The position numbers and the translations under genes were made by a program. DNA of 64,000 bases from Chrysomallon squamiferum (lineage: Eukaryota > Animalia > Mollusca): contig CM022672.1 in NCBI GenBank assembly GCA_012295275.1, positions 13,826,001 through 13,890,000 of the forward strand, in the 5' to 3' direction. Numbering within the stretch: position 1 is the stretch's first letter; every line of letters begins with the position of its first letter. This document shows positions 61,954 through 64,000 of this stretch, one piece after another. A model generated the notes under the pieces. It had not been told where the DNA came from. It did no database searches and worked only from the letters and a program-made list of their open reading frames with translations.

Positions 61954-63889
61954 CGTAGTAATTTTGACCCACACATGTTGAAAATCTACTGACGAATGCG
62001 AATCTGTATTGCGGTGGTTTTTGTAATTTTTGTTGTTACTGCAGTGTGTTAGTTTATTGTTTGATTCAGTAAACTGCCAGGGCTGTTATGTCAGCTATGT
62101 CAACACTTTCCAGGACGTTGTTGACCACTTACCATATCAGCCGGTAAATCTGATAGCACTTGGAGAGTTTTTAGTTACACACTATGGTATCGTGTCGTCT
62201 TCATAACACCAGTATATAAATTGTATTTGCGTCATTTAAGTGGTTAACGTTCGGTGCCATACAACATGTAGAGGCACTTCAAAATAAATAAATAAATGTA
62301 TATAATTATAAATATATTAATGTTATTGATGAAAATAAAAACAGACACACAAACACACACGTCTACACACACACAGTGAAATGAACTGGTTATTATTGCT
62401 CTTTCGTTCATTTATTCATAATAAACACATTGATTTCAACTATTTCTGACCTACTGTACTTCTCATGCTGCTTCCAAACGCACACATACACACATACATA
62501 CGTACATGCCAACACTAGTTCATCATTTAACCAAAAAATATTTTCCTATAATTTTTTTAATTTTTTTTTTCCCCTCCATATATTAAAAATAATCACCCAC
62601 ATCCGAAGTTGGGACGAGCTATAGTTTCTATCCAAAGCAAAATAATATATATATATTTTTTAATGTGGAAATGCAGGTTTAAAACAATTTAAAATCTAAG
62701 TAAATTAATGAGTTTCAAGTGCAAAACAACATACAAGTGGTCATGCTCAAATAAAACCGGAAGTTGGTTTGGTCGTATTACGTTTTGTAAAAAATTGTTT
62801 ATTATTTGTCTTCCTTTATTATATATATATATATATGTTGTTTGTTATTATCCTTACTTTTATTGTTATTGATAACTTTTTCCTTTCACACTGACACACC
62901 TGTAGGTATGTGACAAAATATACATCATTAGAAAGAGCAAAAAGTGCATTTTAAAATGACACCAAGATCTCTTCGATAGGATTGATACGTAAAAAGTTAC
63001 GAATTTTTATCGGAATGAAATTAGAACATATTTTTCCTTCGAAAATATATGAGGAAACTGATTCGTTTTTGTGATTTTGCAACATAAAACACTGAATATC
63101 TCATAGAGTTTTAAACCAGCAAACCTGTATTATATATCAAAATGAGTTCTATCGTTGAACAGTAGCAAGATGCTAATTTCCATTAATTGCACTAATTAGC
63201 TCAAATACACCTTACGTCATAATTATGTAATTCTCAAAAACTCCATAGAAATTAAACCAATATACAAAAAGATCATTTTTCAAGATAACCGAATTAATTG
63301 TAACTCACCCACCATAGACGTAATTCCTGTCCAGAAGTAACACACATACCCACACCCACACACAATAAACAAACAAAACTTTTCATCTTTAGGAAAACAT
63401 TTTATTTTTTAATTTTTTTTTTTTTTTAATAATTAACATGAATACAATATCACTCACAAACTTATTTACAAAAGAAACATTAAGCCCTGACTGTGTGTGG
63501 TATATATTCTGTTTCACACAATCACACACCTGCAAGACACACATAAAATAATTATCTTAATAAATGTATACAAAAAAACCTCTCGGAAGAATAAGCAGTT
63601 CTTGTTGTTTTGTCACCTCGTGCGCCTATCATGAGAGGAACATTATTATAATAATTAATACATGTTTAAAGAGACGAATTTATTGTTGTTTTTTTTTTTC
63701 CCCCTAAAATGCTGTGATTTATGCATGTTAAATAATTACAATACAGTTTTAAAGCATTTAAAACAAGCTTCGTAATTTCGACCAATAGAATTCTACCCTG
63801 GATTTGCGGGGGGAAAAAAGGAAGTCAAATTGTTGATAAAAAACAAAAAAAAAAATATTAAAAAAAAAAAAAAAAAAAAGAAAGAAAAG

Positions 63890-63935
<46 letters not shown>

Positions 63936-64000
63936 GAAAGCAAACGAAAGGTACACGTGAGGAGGACAAAGGAGTTTGATTTACAAATATACAAAAATTA

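Overview
Very AT-rich, microsatellite-dense eukaryotic DNA with spliceosomal GT-AG introns. The gene content (abalone-type VEZP egg-coat protein, GH5_10 mannanase, mollusc-type SINE/LINE remnants) points to a gastropod mollusc; this is inference. By hand-splicing exons and checking reading phase I reconstruct seven protein-coding genes: (1) a 5'-truncated SLC16/monocarboxylate-transporter gene on + with a 1-nt frameshift; (2) its intact convergent paralog on -; (3) RABGGTB on +; (4) MORN5 on -; (5) a secreted GH5_10 endo-beta-1,4-mannanase on +; (6) a vitelline-envelope ZP-domain protein on +; (7) a 38-exon, about 1,600-aa complement C3-like gene on -. The C3-like protein is the most unusual object. 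It keeps the MG/CUB/TED/MG8/C345C scaffold but has lost the GCGEQ thioester (ISGES, preceded by an acidic DGDEDDDEE run), the catalytic-His segment, the beta/alpha RxxR site and apparently the whole anaphylatoxin domain, and it has strongly cationic TED helices. One of its splice donors is amplified into a 50-bp tandem array of out-of-frame decoy donors. Most ORFs in the supplied track are microsatellite artefacts. No prokaryotic features, CRISPR array, rRNA or tRNA were found. All exon coordinates are manual calls and need RNA-seq confirmation.
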